Source: an uncultured Candidatus Rokubacteria bacterium (lineage in GTDB: Bacteria; Methylomirabilota; Methylomirabilia; Rokubacteriales; CSP1-6). Taken from it: a stretch of DNA of 64,000 nucleotides. This document shows positions 11,048 to 22,342 of the stretch, one piece after another. Position 1 is the stretch's first letter; each line of letters begins with the position of its first letter. The notes beneath the pieces are model-generated. The model searched no databases and was not told the origin of the DNA. It saw only the letters and a program-made list of their open reading frames with translations. The position numbers and the translations under genes are program-made. The DNA is taken from positions 192,001 through 256,000 of the forward strand of contig CAVVEU010000014.1 of NCBI GenBank assembly GCA_963747235.1, written 5' to 3'.

Positions 11048-12131
11048 TCAGGCGAGCAGGAAGGGAACCTTCGCGGCCGCGGCGACGCCGCGGAGCTGCG
11101 TCATCAGGTCGTCGGGGATCGGCACGCCCTGCTCGAGCCGCTCCGCGCGCGTGAGCCGCTCCGGATCGCCCGCCACCATCACCGGCTGGCTTCGGGTCCA
11201 CGCGCTTGGCCCCGTGCAGCACGTCGATCACGTCGTCCAGGTCCTGCTCGAAGTCCCCCGCGTCGCGAAACGCGGCCGGATCGATGGCCATGAAGAAGTG
11301 GCCGATGTTGTGCGGATCCGAGTCGCGCTGGGTCTTGTTGCGCAGCGGCGAGAACGACGCGCCCGCGAGCGCGCCGCCCAGGATGTGCACCATCACCGCG
11401 AGGCCATAGCCCTTGTGGCCGCCCAGGTCGCGGCTGCCGCCGAGCGGCGTGATGCCGCCGTCCGGGCGCTCGAACACGTGCTGGAACGCGGTCGCCTCGT
11501 CGGTCACCGGCCGGCCGTCGCCGTCCACCACCCAGCCCGACGGCACCGGCTTGTGGTTGAGCTTGTAGACCTTCACCTTGCCCGCCGCGACGGTGGTCGT
11601 GGCCATGTCGAGCTCGAACGACGCGTTCTTCTTCGCGGGCGCCGCGAAGGCGAGCGGGTTCGTCCCCATGACCGGCTCCGCCGCGAAGGTGGGCACCAGG
11701 GTGACGCCCCGGGTGGCCGAGGTGACCATGCCGATCACGCCGCGATCGGCCGCGATCTTCGCGTAGCAGCCGGCCGCGCCGAAGTGGTGCGAGTTGTACA
11801 CCGCGACCACCGCCACGCCGGTGGTCAGGCACTTGTCCACCGCCAGGTTCATGGCGTGCACCGATACCGGATGGCCGAGCGAGCGGTCCGCGTCGATCCG
11901 GGCCATGGACGGCATGTCGCGCACCGTCTTCCACTGCGGGCGCATGTTGAGCCGGCCCGCGCGGAACTCCTTGTCGTAGGTCGGCAGCATCGAGATGCCG
12001 TGCGAGTCCACCCCGCGCAGGTCGGTCTCCACCATCATCTGCGCGGTCGTCGCCGCGTGCGCGGCCGACATGCCCCACGCGGTGAACACGGACTCGAGCT
12101 GCTGCTGGATCTGGCGGGCGGGGACTCGCAT
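11048..12131 (-). CDS. Ldh_2 family (malate/L-lactate/ureidoglycolate) dehydrogenase, frameshift near 11190
   Basis: DLRGVDSHG, NSHHFGA, GTNPLA, LDMATT, GGHKGYGL. Confidence 0.9.
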
Positions 12132-12133
12132 GG

Positions 12134-13153
12134 CTAGCTCCTGGTGCGGCGGCGAACTTCGGGGAGGACCTCGCGGCCGAGCAGCTCGATGCCGGCGAGC
12201 ACATCCGCCTGCGGCATCCCGGGCCAGCTCACGCGCATGGTGAGGTGCGTGGCGCCGGCCGCGTGCTGGGCGAGCAGCATCTCGGTCACCTGGGCCGGCG
12301 AGCCGATGGCGAAGCGGTTGGCGGCCAGGCGGCGGAGCTGCTCTTCCGGCTTCGCGGAAGGATCGAGCGTGACGCCCTCGAGCCCCCAGGAGAGATAGGC
12401 CGCGTACTTGTCCAGCAGGTAGGGCGCCGCGCGGCGGATCGCGATGTCCTCGTCGGGCGCGCAGACCACCTCGAGCAGCCGGCAGATCTGAGGCGGCGCG
12501 GACAGGCCTTCCTTGGCGCGCGCCGCGGTGAAGGCCGTCGCCTGCGCGGCGAACTCGTCCACGCGCGGCACCGGTACCACGAGCCAGCCGTCGGCGATGC
12601 GGGCGGCGCGCGCGATGCCGGCGGGGACCTGCGAGCCCACCAGGATCGGCGGCCGCGGGCGCTGGATCGGGCGCGGGCGGATCGTGACGTTCTCGAAGCT
12701 CCAGTGCCGCCCGCGATGCGTCACCTTGTCCTCGGTCCAGAGCCGCCGGATGATCTCCACGCCCTCCGCGAGCCGGCTCACCCGCTCCGCCATCGGCACC
12801 CCGAAGATCGCGAACTCCTCCGGCCGGTAGCCGAGCCCCACGCCCAGCATGAAGCGCCCGCCGGTGATCACGTCGAGAAAGGCGCCGACCTCCGCGATCT
12901 CCACCGGGTTGTGCAGCGGCAGCAGCACCAGATTGGTCCCGATGGCGAGCCCGGGCACCTCCGCCGCCAGCCGCTGCAGCATCGGCAGCAGAGGAAAATA
13001 ATGGAACCCCGGCGTGGCATGGTGCTCCCCACCCCAGATCGAGTCGAACCCGAGGTCGTGGATGAGCCGCGCCTGCTCCAGCGTCTCGGCAAACCGCCGC
13101 GCCGGATCGTCAGCGGCCGGATGCTGCGCGTTGAGGTAGATCCCGAGCTTCAT
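12134..13153 (-). CDS. LLM-class flavin-dependent oxidoreductase
   Basis: GFDSIWGGEHH, LDVITGGRFMLGVGLGYR. Confidence 0.9.
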   Translation of the reverse strand: MKLGIYLNAQHPAADDPARRFAETLEQARLIHDLGFDSIWGGEHHATPGFHYFPLLPMLQRLAAEVPGLAIGTNLVLLPLHNPVEIAEVGAFLDVITGGRFMLGVGLGYRPEEFAIFGVPMAERVSRLAEGVEIIRRLWTEDKVTHRGRHWSFENVTIRPRPIQRPRPPILVGSQVPAGIARAARIADGWLVVPVPRVDEFAAQATAFTAARAKEGLSAPPQICRLLEVVCAPDEDIAIRRAAPYLLDKYAAYLSWGLEGVTLDPSAKPEEQLRRLAANRFAIGSPAQVTEMLLAQHAAGATHLTMRVSWPGMPQADVLAGIELLGREVLPEVRRRTRS

Positions 13154-13174
13154 GGCGTAGATGGGCGCTCAGAT

Positions 13175-13223
13175 GGGGTCAGGTCTTCCATTCACACATT
13201 GTCGGAATGTAAGACCTGACCCC
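13175..13223. repeat. Second-type palindrome (GGGGTCAGGTCTT...AAGACCTGACCCC), REP-like
   Basis: Perfect 13-bp terminal inverted repeat around an AT-richer core containing ACATT/AATGT. Confidence 0.7.
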
Positions 13224-13240
13224 GCGGTTGGCCGCGCGGC

Positions 13241-14475
13241 TTAACCGGGGGCGGCGCCCTGCGTGGCGGTGTAGACCGCGTAGAGGGACTGGCTGGCGGC
13301 CATGAAGAGGCGGTTGCGCTTGGGCCCGCCGAAGCAGACGTTGCCGCAGATCTCGGGCAGCCGGATGCGCCCGATGAGCTGGCCCTGCGGCGTCCACACC
13401 GTCACCCCGCTGTAGCCCACGTTGCGGCCCGCGTTGCTGGAGCACCAGAGATTGCCGTCCACGTCGGAGCGCACGCCGTCGGGCCCGCACTTGACGCCGT
13501 CCACCATGAAGTTGCTGAAGAGCTTGCCGTTGCTCAGCTTGTTGTCCGCGCCCACGTCGAACACGTACATCTCGCCCTTGCCGCCCGCGTGCGTGTCGCC
13601 CGGCCCCTTGCCGGTGCTGACCACGTAGAGCTTCTTGAAGTCGGGCGAGAAGCAGAGCCCGTTGGGATCCGGCACCAGATCCTCCCCCGCGACCTGGGTG
13701 AGCGTGCCGCTCTTGTCCACGCGGTACACCGCGGTGGGCAGCTCGCGCTTGTAGCTGCCGAGCTCGAGCGGCTGGCCGAGCTTCGGGTTGAGCCGGCCCG
13801 CCATGTTGGCGGGCCCGCCCGGCGCGTCCACCGTGCCTTCGTAGAGCTGGGCGCCATAGGGCGGATCGGTGAACCAGTAGCTGCCGTCCGGGTGCGGCAC
13901 CACGTCGTTGGGCGAGTTGAGCCGCTTGCCGTTGAACATCCCCGCGATGAGGCTCACCGAGCCGTCGAGCTCGTAGCGCACCACGCGCCGGGTGACGTGC
14001 TCGCAGGAGAGCTGGCGGCCCTGGAAGTCGAACGTGTTGCCGTTGCTGTTGTTGGACGGCGTGCGGAAGACGCTGACGTGGCCGTTGTCCTCGATCCACC
14101 GGAGCTGCCGGTTGTTCGGGATGTCGCTCCACACCAGGTAACGGCCCTGCGAGCTCCACGCCGGCCCTTCCGCCCAGAGCGAGCCGGTCCACAGCCGCTG
14201 GATCGGCGCGTTCGGCTGCCGCAGCCCGTTGAACGCGGGCTCGACGGTGAGCACGTCGGGATCGGTGAAGTACGTGGTGGGCGCCCCGCGCGGGCTGAAG
14301 TCGCGCGGTGGGCGTGGTGATCGTGCTGGGCGGGGCCATCGGCCCGCTGGGCGGCGTCTGCGCGCCCACCAGCCGAGGGACGAGCACCGCGGCGCCCACC
14401 GCGGCGCCCACGCTGCGGAGCATCACGCGCCGCGATATCGAGGTGGACTTCCGGATCGTGCGCTTCGTGCGCCAT
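13241..14475 (-). CDS. SMP-30/gluconolactonase family protein with Tat-like signal, frameshift near 14310
   Basis: SRRVML twin-Arg-like segment, WAEGP, NSNG, NSPND, PNGLCFSPD, PDG. Confidence 0.88.
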
Positions 14476-14614
14476 TGCGACCTCCCTGAGACGTCGTCGT
14501 TCGAGAGGAAACGTGGAGAAGCGATTCGCGGGGCCACCCTAGCAGACGGCCGGAGGAGCGTCAAATCGCGGCGTATGATAGGCGGAGCCGTGCGGACCCC
14601 GGGGGAGGTGGCCA

Positions 14615-15106
14615 ATGAGCAAGCGCAAGCCGAAGCCGAAGCGGAGCCGGACGAAGGTGGCCAGGACGAAGGCGACCAGGACGAGGGCGACGAAGAAGGT
14701 CGCGAAGAAGAAGGGCGGCGCGGCGCCGGCCCGGCGGGCCAAGCGCCGCGGCCGGAAGCGGACCACGGCCACCCGGCGCGGCAAGGAAGGCACGGAAGAC
14801 CAAGGGCGAACAGTAGGATTGCTGCGCGAGGTGCTCGAGCACCACGAGACCGGGCCCGCGGCGAGCGCCGGCGACCTGGACGCGGACTGGCAGCGGGCGG
14901 AGAGCTCGGGGGAAGAAGCGGTCGGCGGCAGCGTGTCCACGCCCGACCAGGACCGGGTGGATGAGATCGGCCACGCGCTGGGCGTGGAGCAGCCCTCGGC
15001 GGCGCCGCTCCGCTCCTCCGGGGAGATGCTGGAAGAGCGGGATCGGCGCTACTGGGAGCTCGAGCGACGGGCGCAGGACAAGGCGAGCAAGCGAGGCGAG
15101 CCCTGA
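14615..15106 (+). CDS. DUF6335-like protein with Lys/Arg-rich N-terminal tail
   Basis: GDLDADWQRA..GEEAVGGSVSTPDQDRVDEIG motif; GGAGG SD. Confidence 0.7.
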   Translation: MSKRKPKPKRSRTKVARTKATRTRATKKVAKKKGGAAPARRAKRRGRKRTTATRRGKEGTEDQGRTVGLLREVLEHHETGPAASAGDLDADWQRAESSGEEAVGGSVSTPDQDRVDEIGHALGVEQPSAAPLRSSGEMLEERDRRYWELERRAQDKASKRGEP

Positions 15107-15148
15107 CGGGCTATACTTTCGGAGCGACACACGCTCTTTGATTGCGTC

Positions 15149-15540
15149 AGAGAAGGCTGGATGATCGCCGGCACGGACAACCGTGCGGGAGGAAAGTCCG
15201 GGCTCCGCAGGGCAGGGTGCTGGCTAACGGCCAGGGGGGGTGACCCCATGGACAGTGCCACAGAAAGCAAACCGCCGCCTTCACGGGCGGTAAGGGTGAA
15301 ACGGTGAGGTAAGAGCTCACCAGCGGCCTGGGTGACCAGGTCGGCTCGGTAAACCCCACCCGGAGCAAGGCCAAATAGGAGAGCGATCCTGCTCGCGAGA
15401 GCAGGTGAAGCGCGGCCCGCGTGGTGCTCTCGGGTATGGCCGCTTGAGGCGCCGGGTAACCGGCGTCCTAGAGAAATGATCATCTCGCCGTCACGGGAAA
15501 CCGGGGCGGTCAGACAGGACCCGGCTTACACGCCTTCTCT
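15149..15540 (+). ncRNA. rnpB: RNase P RNA, bacterial type A
   Basis: GAGGAAAGTCCGGGCTCC, ACAGAAAGCAAACCGCC, GGTAAACCCCACCCGGAGCAAGGCCAAATAGG, ACAGGACCCGGCTTAC; P1 helix AGAGAAGGC/GCCTTCTCT; TATACT -10-like hexamer at 15112. Confidence 0.97.
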
Positions 15541-15588
15541 GGCGCATTTCAAGGACGACCAGACCAGCATCGGCTCCCGGCAGATCGG

Positions 15589-17223
15589 CTACTCCGTGCG
15601 ACCACCCAGACTCGCCACCGCCAGCACCAGCTCCGCCGGGCTGACCGGCTTGCCCATGTGCAGATTGAAGCCGGCCGCCAGAGCCCGGATCCGATCCTCC
15701 GATCGCCCGTACGCGGTCAGGGCCAGCGCCGGAAGACGGCGGCCTTGGAGCGTCATCACTCCGCGGGCCCGCCGCAGCAGGCTCATCCCGTCCTCGCCCG
15801 GCATCTCGAGGTCCGTCACCAGCACGTCGGCGGGCCAGCCCTCGAGCACGGCCATCGCGGCCGCCGGGGACGGCGCGGCTCGCACCTCGGCCCCCGCATT
15901 GACGAGGACGAGCGCCGCCAGCTCCAGGCCGTCGGCATCGTCATCCACGACCAGGATCCGGAGGTCCCGGAGCGAGATCGGCTTGACTCGATCGGGTGCC
16001 GGGCGCACTCCGTGCTCTTGCTCGCCGCCGGCGCGCGGGACGGCAGGCACCGCGGCCACCGGGAGGATGACCGTGAATGTGGCCCCGAGCCCAGGGCCCG
16101 CGCTGGTGGCACTCACCGTGCCCCCGTGCAGCTCGACGAGATGCCGGACGAGTGCCAGCCCGATGCCGAGTCCGGCATGCCGGCGCGTCGAGCTGCTGTC
16201 GGCCTGGCCGAATCGCTGGAAGATGCGCGACATGTGCTCGGGCGCGATGCCCTCACCGGTGTCGCTGACCACGATCTCGATGTGGGCGTCGGCCCGCCGC
16301 CGCAGGCGCACGTCGACCCGGCCGCCCATCGGCGTGAACTTCACCGCGTTGATGAGCAGATTCCAGACCACCTGCTGGAGACGGGCGGGATCTCCCATCA
16401 TCGCGCCCGCGCCGGGATCGAGATCCGACTCGAGATGAACCCCCTTGGCGGCCGCGGTCGGTCGGACCGTGTCGAGGGCGGCCTCCAGCACCGCCACGAC
16501 GTTCAGTGGCCGTGCGTCCAGGCGCATGTTGCCCGTGATCACGCGCGAGACATCGAACAGGTCCTCGATGAGCTGCACCTGCGCCTCCGCGTTGCGGAGG
16601 ATCGCCTCGGTCGCGCGGCGAGTCACCGTCGCGTCGAGACGGCCCGACTCGAGCATGCGAGCCCAGCCGTAGATGGCGTTGAGAGGGGTCCGGAGCTCGT
16701 GTGACAGCGTGGCGAGGAACTGATCCTTGCTGCGATTCAAGGCCTCGGCCTCGGCGCGGGCCTCTTGCTCGCGCTCGAGAAACGCCTGGCGCTCCCGCTC
16801 CAGGCTTCGCCGGTCCGAGATGTCGCGCGCCACCTTCGAGGCCCCGACGATGCGGCCGGTCGAGTTCCGCACCGGCGACACCGTGAGGGAGATCTCGACG
16901 CGCCGGCCGTCCTTGGCCTGCCGTATCGTCTCGAAGTGATCGATCCGCTCTCCCTTGACGAGGCGGGCCAGGACCTCGGTCTCCTCCCCGTGCCGCTCCT
17001 CCGGGATGATCAATGAGATGTGCCGGCCCACCGCCTCGGCCGCGCTATAGCCGAAGATGCGTTCGGCCCCTCGGTTCCAGGATGTGATGATCCCTCGGAG
17101 CGTCTTGCTCACGATGGCATCGTCCGAGGAATCGATGATCGCGGCCAGACGGTCCGCGCCCTCGGCCGCGTCGGGGACCGGATCGGGCTCCCGAGGGTGA
17201 GCCTTCCCTGACGGTCCTGCCAT
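15589..17223 (-). CDS. Hybrid PAS sensor histidine kinase/response regulator
   Basis: PAS (SSDDAI..WNRGAE), [27 protein letters not shown]-terminal REC (VVDDD, TDLEMP, KP). Confidence 0.95.
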   Translation of the reverse strand: MAGPSGKAHPREPDPVPDAAEGADRLAAIIDSSDDAIVSKTLRGIITSWNRGAERIFGYSAAEAVGRHISLIIPEERHGEETEVLARLVKGERIDHFETIRQAKDGRRVEISLTVSPVRNSTGRIVGASKVARDISDRRSLERERQAFLEREQEARAEAEALNRSKDQFLATLSHELRTPLNAIYGWARMLESGRLDATVTRRATEAILRNAEAQVQLIEDLFDVSRVITGNMRLDARPLNVVAVLEAALDTVRPTAAAKGVHLESDLDPGAGAMMGDPARLQQVVWNLLINAVKFTPMGGRVDVRLRRRADAHIEIVVSDTGEGIAPEHMSRIFQRFGQADSSSTRRHAGLGIGLALVRHLVELHGGTVSATSAGPGLGATFTVILPVAAVPAVPRAGGEQEHGVRPAPDRVKPISLRDLRILVVDDDADGLELAALVLVNAGAEVRAAPSPAAAMAVLEGWPADVLVTDLEMPGEDGMSLLRRARGVMTLQGRRLPALALTAYGRSEDRIRALAAGFNLHMGKPVSPAELVLAVASLGGRTE

Positions 17224-17352
17224 CGGCCAAGTCCCCCTGCGCGCATGCGCGGTATTTCTTTCCCGGCGTTTTTACCGGCCTTCCCGGTCCCTTCGTCGTG
17301 CGCCCCAGCATTTCGCGCACCTCCATGGTTCGACCGGGCTGGAGAAGCTCCC

Positions 17353-17369
17353 CGGCATATCTCCTGCCA
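17353..17369. promoter_or_regulatory. Possible sigma54 (-24/-12) promoter, readable on both strands
   Basis: Plus: CGGCAT-ATCTC-CTGC; minus: TGGCAG-GAGAT-ATGC. Confidence 0.4.
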
Positions 17370-17420
17370 GGCTCACGACTAGCTGCCGGGCACCCGGCGC
17401 GACCATAGTACGATCGGGCC

Positions 17421-18173
17421 ATGCGCCGGCCGCTCCTCTTGCTCGCTACCCTGCTGCTCCTGGGCGGCCTCGCGCCCGCGTCCGCGCAGACCGCGACGCC
17501 CGCCGAGACCGCGCGCGCGATGCTGCGCCAGTACCAGGACGACCCCGCGCGCATCGATCGCGCCCGCGATCTGCTCGAGGCCCACGTGGCCCGGGGCGGC
17601 GCCGCGGACGTGCCCACGCTGCTGGCCCTGGCCCGCGCCTGGTTCCTCTTCGGCGAGGAGCGCGCGAAGACGGAGGCCGACAAGATCGCGGCCTACGCCC
17701 GCGCGCGCGACTACGCCAAGCGCGCCACCGAGCTGGCCCCGAACAACGCGGACGCCCATCTCTGGCACGCCATCACGCTCGGCACCTGGTCGCAGGCCAA
17801 GGGCCTGCTCAGCTCGGCCCTGGCGCTCCGCGATCTGCGCAAGGAGGTGGACATCGTGCTGCGCCTCGACCCCAACAACATCGAGGCGCACATCATGGCG
17901 GGCAGCATCGCCCGCGAGCTGCCGGTGCTGCTGGGTGGCGACGTCAAGGAAGCGGAGGAGCACTTCAAGACCGCGCAGCGGCTCGACCCCAGGCTGACCG
18001 GCGTGCGCATCGAGCTGGCGCAGCTCTACATCAACATGGGCCGCTACGCGGACGCGCGGCAGCAGCTGCAGTCCGTCCTGGCCGAGCGCGCGCCCACCGA
18101 CCGGCCGCGCTGGACGCTCAAGGAAGTGCCGCGCGCCCGGCAGATGCTCGAATCGATCCGCGACAAGAAGTGA
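17421..18173 (+). CDS. Secreted tetratricopeptide-repeat protein
   Basis: Signal peptide (LLLLGGLAPASA-Q), TPR-like repeats (ATELAPNNADAH, RLDPNNIEAH). Confidence 0.8.
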   Translation: MRRPLLLLATLLLLGGLAPASAQTATPAETARAMLRQYQDDPARIDRARDLLEAHVARGGAADVPTLLALARAWFLFGEERAKTEADKIAAYARARDYAKRATELAPNNADAHLWHAITLGTWSQAKGLLSSALALRDLRKEVDIVLRLDPNNIEAHIMAGSIARELPVLLGGDVKEAEEHFKTAQRLDPRLTGVRIELAQLYINMGRYADARQQLQSVLAERAPTDRPRWTLKEVPRARQMLESIRDKK

Positions 18174-18206
18174 CCCCAGACCCGGAGAGACGGAGAGGAC
18201 CACAAG

Positions 18207-19275
18207 ATGCGCATGAGCGTGTGCGTGATGGCCGACATCGACGAGATCGGCTTCTACCCCCACATCGAGTCCCTGGGCTACGACTCGGCCTGGGTCGCCG
18301 ACAGCCAGATGCTGTACTCCGACTGCTACGCGGTGCTGGCCCTGGCCGCGCGCCAGACCTCGCGGCTGCGCCTGGGCCCCGGCGTGGCCATCTGCGGCAC
18401 GCGCATCCCGCCGGTGCACGTGGCGGCCATGGCCACGCTCAACCGGCTGGCGCCGGGCCGCGTGCACCTCGGCATCGGCACCGGCAACACCGCGATGCGC
18501 AGCATGGGCCAGCCGCCGATGCGCATCGCGGACTACGGCGAGTACCTGCGCGTGCTGCGCGGCCTGCTCCGGGGCGACGTGGTGGACTACGTCTACGAGG
18601 GCACGCGGCACCCGATCAAGATGCTGATCCGCGAGAAGAAGTACATGAGCCTCGAGCCGCGCATCCCGCTCTACGTCTCCGCGCTTCGGGCCGCGCGCCA
18701 TGGAGCTGGCCGGCCAGTACGGCGACGGCCTCGTCTTCGCGATCCCGCCGCGCGGCCTGGCGCCCGCCGAGGCCCTCGCGCTGGCGCAGGTCGGCGCGGA
18801 GCGCGACGGGCGCACGCTCGGGGAGGACTTCCACATGTGCGCGCTCACCAGCATCGTCCTGCTCGAGCCGGGCGAGACGGCCGACTCCGAGCGCGTCATC
18901 CGCGCGGTGGGGCCGAACGTCATGGCCAGCGTCTACTACTTCTACGATGCGGTGCACGAGCGGGGCATCGAGCCGCCGCCCTTCCTGCGGCGCATCTGGA
19001 AGCGCTACTGCGCGCTGGTCGAGGAGACGCCGGCCGAGCACCGGCACTTCCGCACCCACGAGGGCCACTACACCTACATCCACCCGGGCGAGGCCGAGCT
19101 GATCGACGCCGACCTGGTGCGCGACACCTGCCTGGTGGGCAGCGCGGAGGAGCTGATCGAGCGCATCCAGGAGCTGGAGCGCGGCGGGCTGCGGGAGCTG
19201 ATGTGGGCCACCGGCACCGACGAGAAGTGGCGCTTCAGCCAGCAGCTCGCGGACCGGGTGATGGCCCGCCTCTAA
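18207..19275 (+). CDS. LLM-class oxidoreductase (Mer-like), frameshift near 18685
   Basis: GYDSAWVADSQ, ATLNRLAPGRVHLGIGTG; continues in ORF 18700-19275. Confidence 0.88.
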
Positions 19276-19284
19276 CCCGCCGAG

Positions 19285-20158
19285 CTAGCGGAGCTCGATC
19301 CCGAAGTAGCGCTTGAAGCGGGCGTTGTACTCCTCGTCGCTCAGCTCCCCGCCCATCGCGACCCACTCCTCGTCGCTGATCCGGGCGCGTCCGGCGGCCA
19401 GGCCCTCCGCGTCCCCGCCGACCAGGTAGCGCAGCCGCGGCCGGTCGGTGGTGATGGCGTCGAGGATCGTCGCCGCGACGGTCTCCGACTTGCCCGGGTT
19501 GCGGAAGCCGGCCGCGAAGAGCTTGCCGTTGCGGCGCATGATCTGCCGGTACGGCGAGGTCTTGTCGTAGCGGGTGGCGGGCGCCGAGTTCTCGAAGATC
19601 GCGGTCTGGATCACGCCGGGCTCGATGATGGCCACGCGGACCCCGAAGGCGGCCACCTCGTGGGCCAGCGCCTCGCTCGCGGCGGCCAGCGCGTGCTTGG
19701 ACGCGGAGTACGCGATCTGGTTCGGGGTGGCCACGCGCCCCGCGATCGACGTGACGTTGACGATGCACCCGGCCCGCCGCTCGCGCATGGACGGCAGCAC
19801 CGCCTGGATCATCCGGATCGGGCCCCAGTAGTTGGCCTCGAACATCGCGCGGTGCTCGGCCTCGGGCGTGAGCTCGAGCGGCGTCGCCCCGCCGATGCCC
19901 GCGTTGTTCACGAGCACGTCGATCGCGCCCTCGCCGTCCCGCGTCGCGGCCACCGCGCGGTCGATCGAGTCCTGGCCGCGTGACGTCGAGCTCGCGCACC
20001 GTGAGCGGCAAACGCTCCTGGCGCGCCGCCTCCTCGAGCGGGCCGGCCTTCGCCAGGTTGCGCATGGTCGCCACCACGCGATGGCGGTTTCGCGCGAGGT
20101 GCAGCGCGGTGGCGAACCCGATGCCGGTGCTGGTGCCGGTGACGAGGGTGACGGGCAT
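19285..20158 (-). CDS. SDR oxidoreductase, frameshift near 19975
   Basis: VTGTSTGIG, VNNAG, YSASK. Confidence 0.88.
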
Positions 20159-20166
20159 GCCGCCGC

Positions 20167-20560
20167 CTAGCGAGCCGGCCCCAGCGCGGCCCGCACCGCA
20201 TCGACCACGCGCTCGAGGTCGTAGGGCTTGCCGATGATCTCGATCGCGTCGGTCTCGCCGACCAGCTTGTCCAGGGCGGGCTTGTTGGTCGTGGTCAGGA
20301 TGAAGCGGCACGCCCTGGGCCGGCTGCGAGCTGCGCACCAGCTTCAGGAAGTTCCAGTTCGTCTCGTAGGGCAATGAAATATCGTAGACGATCACGGCCG
20401 GCCGATGGTGCTCGATGAAGGCGACGAAGTCGAGCTCGCCCTTCTTGAGCTCGCCGATGTGCCCCGGCACGGTGTGCAGTCCGTCTGCCTCCAGGGCGGT
20501 GCGGAGCATCTCGACCGTGTCGTCGCTGGAGTTGAACACCACGATGATCGGCTTGTCCAT
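20167..20560 (-). CDS. Single-domain response regulator (atypical), frameshift near 20310
   Basis: VVFNSSDD, IVYDISLP, TTTN, IIGKPYDL. Confidence 0.75.
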
Positions 20561-20685
20561 GTGGCTCCCGGAGCAGGATGCGCCAGAGGCGGCGTGGCGT
20601 CAAGCGCCGAAGCCGTATAGACTCGGCGCGCACTCGTGTCCCCAACCGACCCGTGGCCCCTCCGAGGGCTCAGGAGAGAACGACC

Positions 20686-21644
20686 ATGCGACACACCGTC
20701 GTGGGACTGGTCCTCGCCGCCGTATCCGCCCTGACGTGCGCCCCCGCTCTGGCGCAGAGCTGGACCGTGCCGCCCGAAAGCCAGCGCTGCCCCTCGAAGT
20801 GGGGCGCGGGCGACGAGCGCGGCTCCGGCAACCACATGAAGCCGGCGAGCGTGCTGCGCGCCACCCAGCTCATCAAGACCGGCGAGGTCATCGAGATCGC
20901 GCACGTGCTGAACGACAAGATGCCGTTCTTCGGCACGCGCCGCTTCGACGTCCACACCAAGCGGACGTTCATGAACGACTTCTCGAACCGCCGCGGCAGC
21001 AACGAGGAGATCGTCATCTCCGAGATCGGCCAGGTCGGCACCCAGTTCGACGGCTTCGCCCACCAGACCCACGAGGACAGCCACTACAACTGCTTCAAGA
21101 CCGGCGCCATCTCGACGCGCGGCGGCTTCACCAAGCTCGGCATCGAGAAGGTCGGCACGCTGATGACCCGCGGGGTGCTGATCGACGTGGCGGGGCTCAA
21201 GGGCGTGGACATGCTGCCCGACACCTACGAGATCACGGTCAAGGACCTGCAGGACGCGCTCGCCAAGCAGCGGCATCACGCTCGCAGCCGGGCGACGCGG
21301 TCCTCATCAATACCGGCTGGGACAAGCTGTGGGGCAAGGACAACGCGCGCTACGTGAAGAGCTGCCCGGGCATCGGCGTCGCGGCGGCGGAGTGGCTCGC
21401 CAAGCAGGATCCGATGCTGATCGGGTCGGACAACTGGCCGGTCGAGGTGGCGCCGAATCCGGATCCGCAGCTCTCGCTGCCCGTCCACCAGCTCGCGCTG
21501 GTGGTGAACGGCCTCCACCTGCTCGAGAACCTGAAGCTCGACGAGCTGGCCGCCAAGCAGGTCTACGAGTTCGCCTTCGTCATGCAGCCGCTGAAGGCGC
21601 AGGGCTTCACCGGCTCGACGGTGGCGCCGGTCGCGATCCGCTAG
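20686..21644 (+). CDS. Secreted cyclase-family (kynurenine formamidase-like) protein, frameshift near 21275
   Basis: Signal peptide, QVGTQFDGFAH, TRGVLID, GDAVLINTGW, GSDNW, HLLENL. Confidence 0.88.
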
Positions 21645-21653
21645 GCGCGCGGG

Positions 21654-21691
21654 CCTTCCCCGCCCTCTCCCCCGAGCGGGAGAGGGCGGGG
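21654..21691 (+). repeat. Degenerate REP-like element
   Basis: CCCCGCCCTCTCCCCCGAGCGGGAGAGGGCGGGG hairpin. Confidence 0.7.
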
Positions 21692-21715
21692 CCGGGCTGT
21701 CACCAACGGGAGACA

Positions 21716-21744
21716 TTGACCGTCCTCGGGCCCGGGACTATCGT
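21716..21744 (+). promoter_or_regulatory. sigma70-type promoter of the Uma2 gene (near-leaderless)
   Basis: TTGACC-17 nt-TATCGT, ending 7 nt before ATG 21752. Confidence 0.5.
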
Positions 21745-21751
21745 CGATGCC

Positions 21752-22342
21752 ATGACGGACACGCTCCCGACCAAGCGCTGGACCCGCCTCGAATACGATC
21801 GGCTCATCGAGCAGGGCGCCTTCGGGCCGGAGGACCGCATCGAGCTGCTCGGCGGCGCGCTCGTGGTGCGGGAGCCGCAGGGCAGCCCCCACGCCATGGG
21901 CATTCGCATGGCGGAAGAAGCGCTGCGTCGGGCGTTCGCGACAGGGTGGGACGTGCGCGTCCAGCTTCCCGTGGCGCTCGACGAGGAATCGGAACCCGAG
22001 CCCGACGTCAGCGTCGTCCCGGGCAGCTTCCGTGACTACCCGCGCGATCATCCCGGCCGGGCGGTCCTGATCGTGGAGATCGCCGACTCGAGCCTCGCGC
22101 TCGATCGCGGCCTGAAGGGCAGTCTCTACGCGCGGGCTCGCGTGGCCGACTACTGGATCGTCAATCTCGTGGACCGCGTGCTCGAGGTGTACCGCGATCC
22201 GGTGCCCGATGCCTCCGCGCGGTACGGATGGCGCTACGCCGCGATCACGACGCTCCGGCCGGGCGATACCGTCGTGCCTCTCGCCGCGCCCGACTCACGG
22301 ATCCTCGTCGCCGACCTGATTCCCTGGACCCCGCGGCGCTAA
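21752..22342 (+). CDS. Uma2/DUF820 family PD-(D/E)XK endonuclease
   Basis: RIELLGG, EPEPDV, LIVEIADSSL..DR..K..LYARA.V.DYWIVNL. Confidence 0.9.
   Translation: MTDTLPTKRWTRLEYDRLIEQGAFGPEDRIELLGGALVVREPQGSPHAMGIRMAEEALRRAFATGWDVRVQLPVALDEESEPEPDVSVVPGSFRDYPRDHPGRAVLIVEIADSSLALDRGLKGSLYARARVADYWIVNLVDRVLEVYRDPVPDASARYGWRYAAITTLRPGDTVVPLAAPDSRILVADLIPWTPRR

Noticed and set aside
15049-15483. ORFs 15049-15483 and 15147-15374 on the minus strand
   Set aside because: Antisense to RNase P RNA; not protein-like
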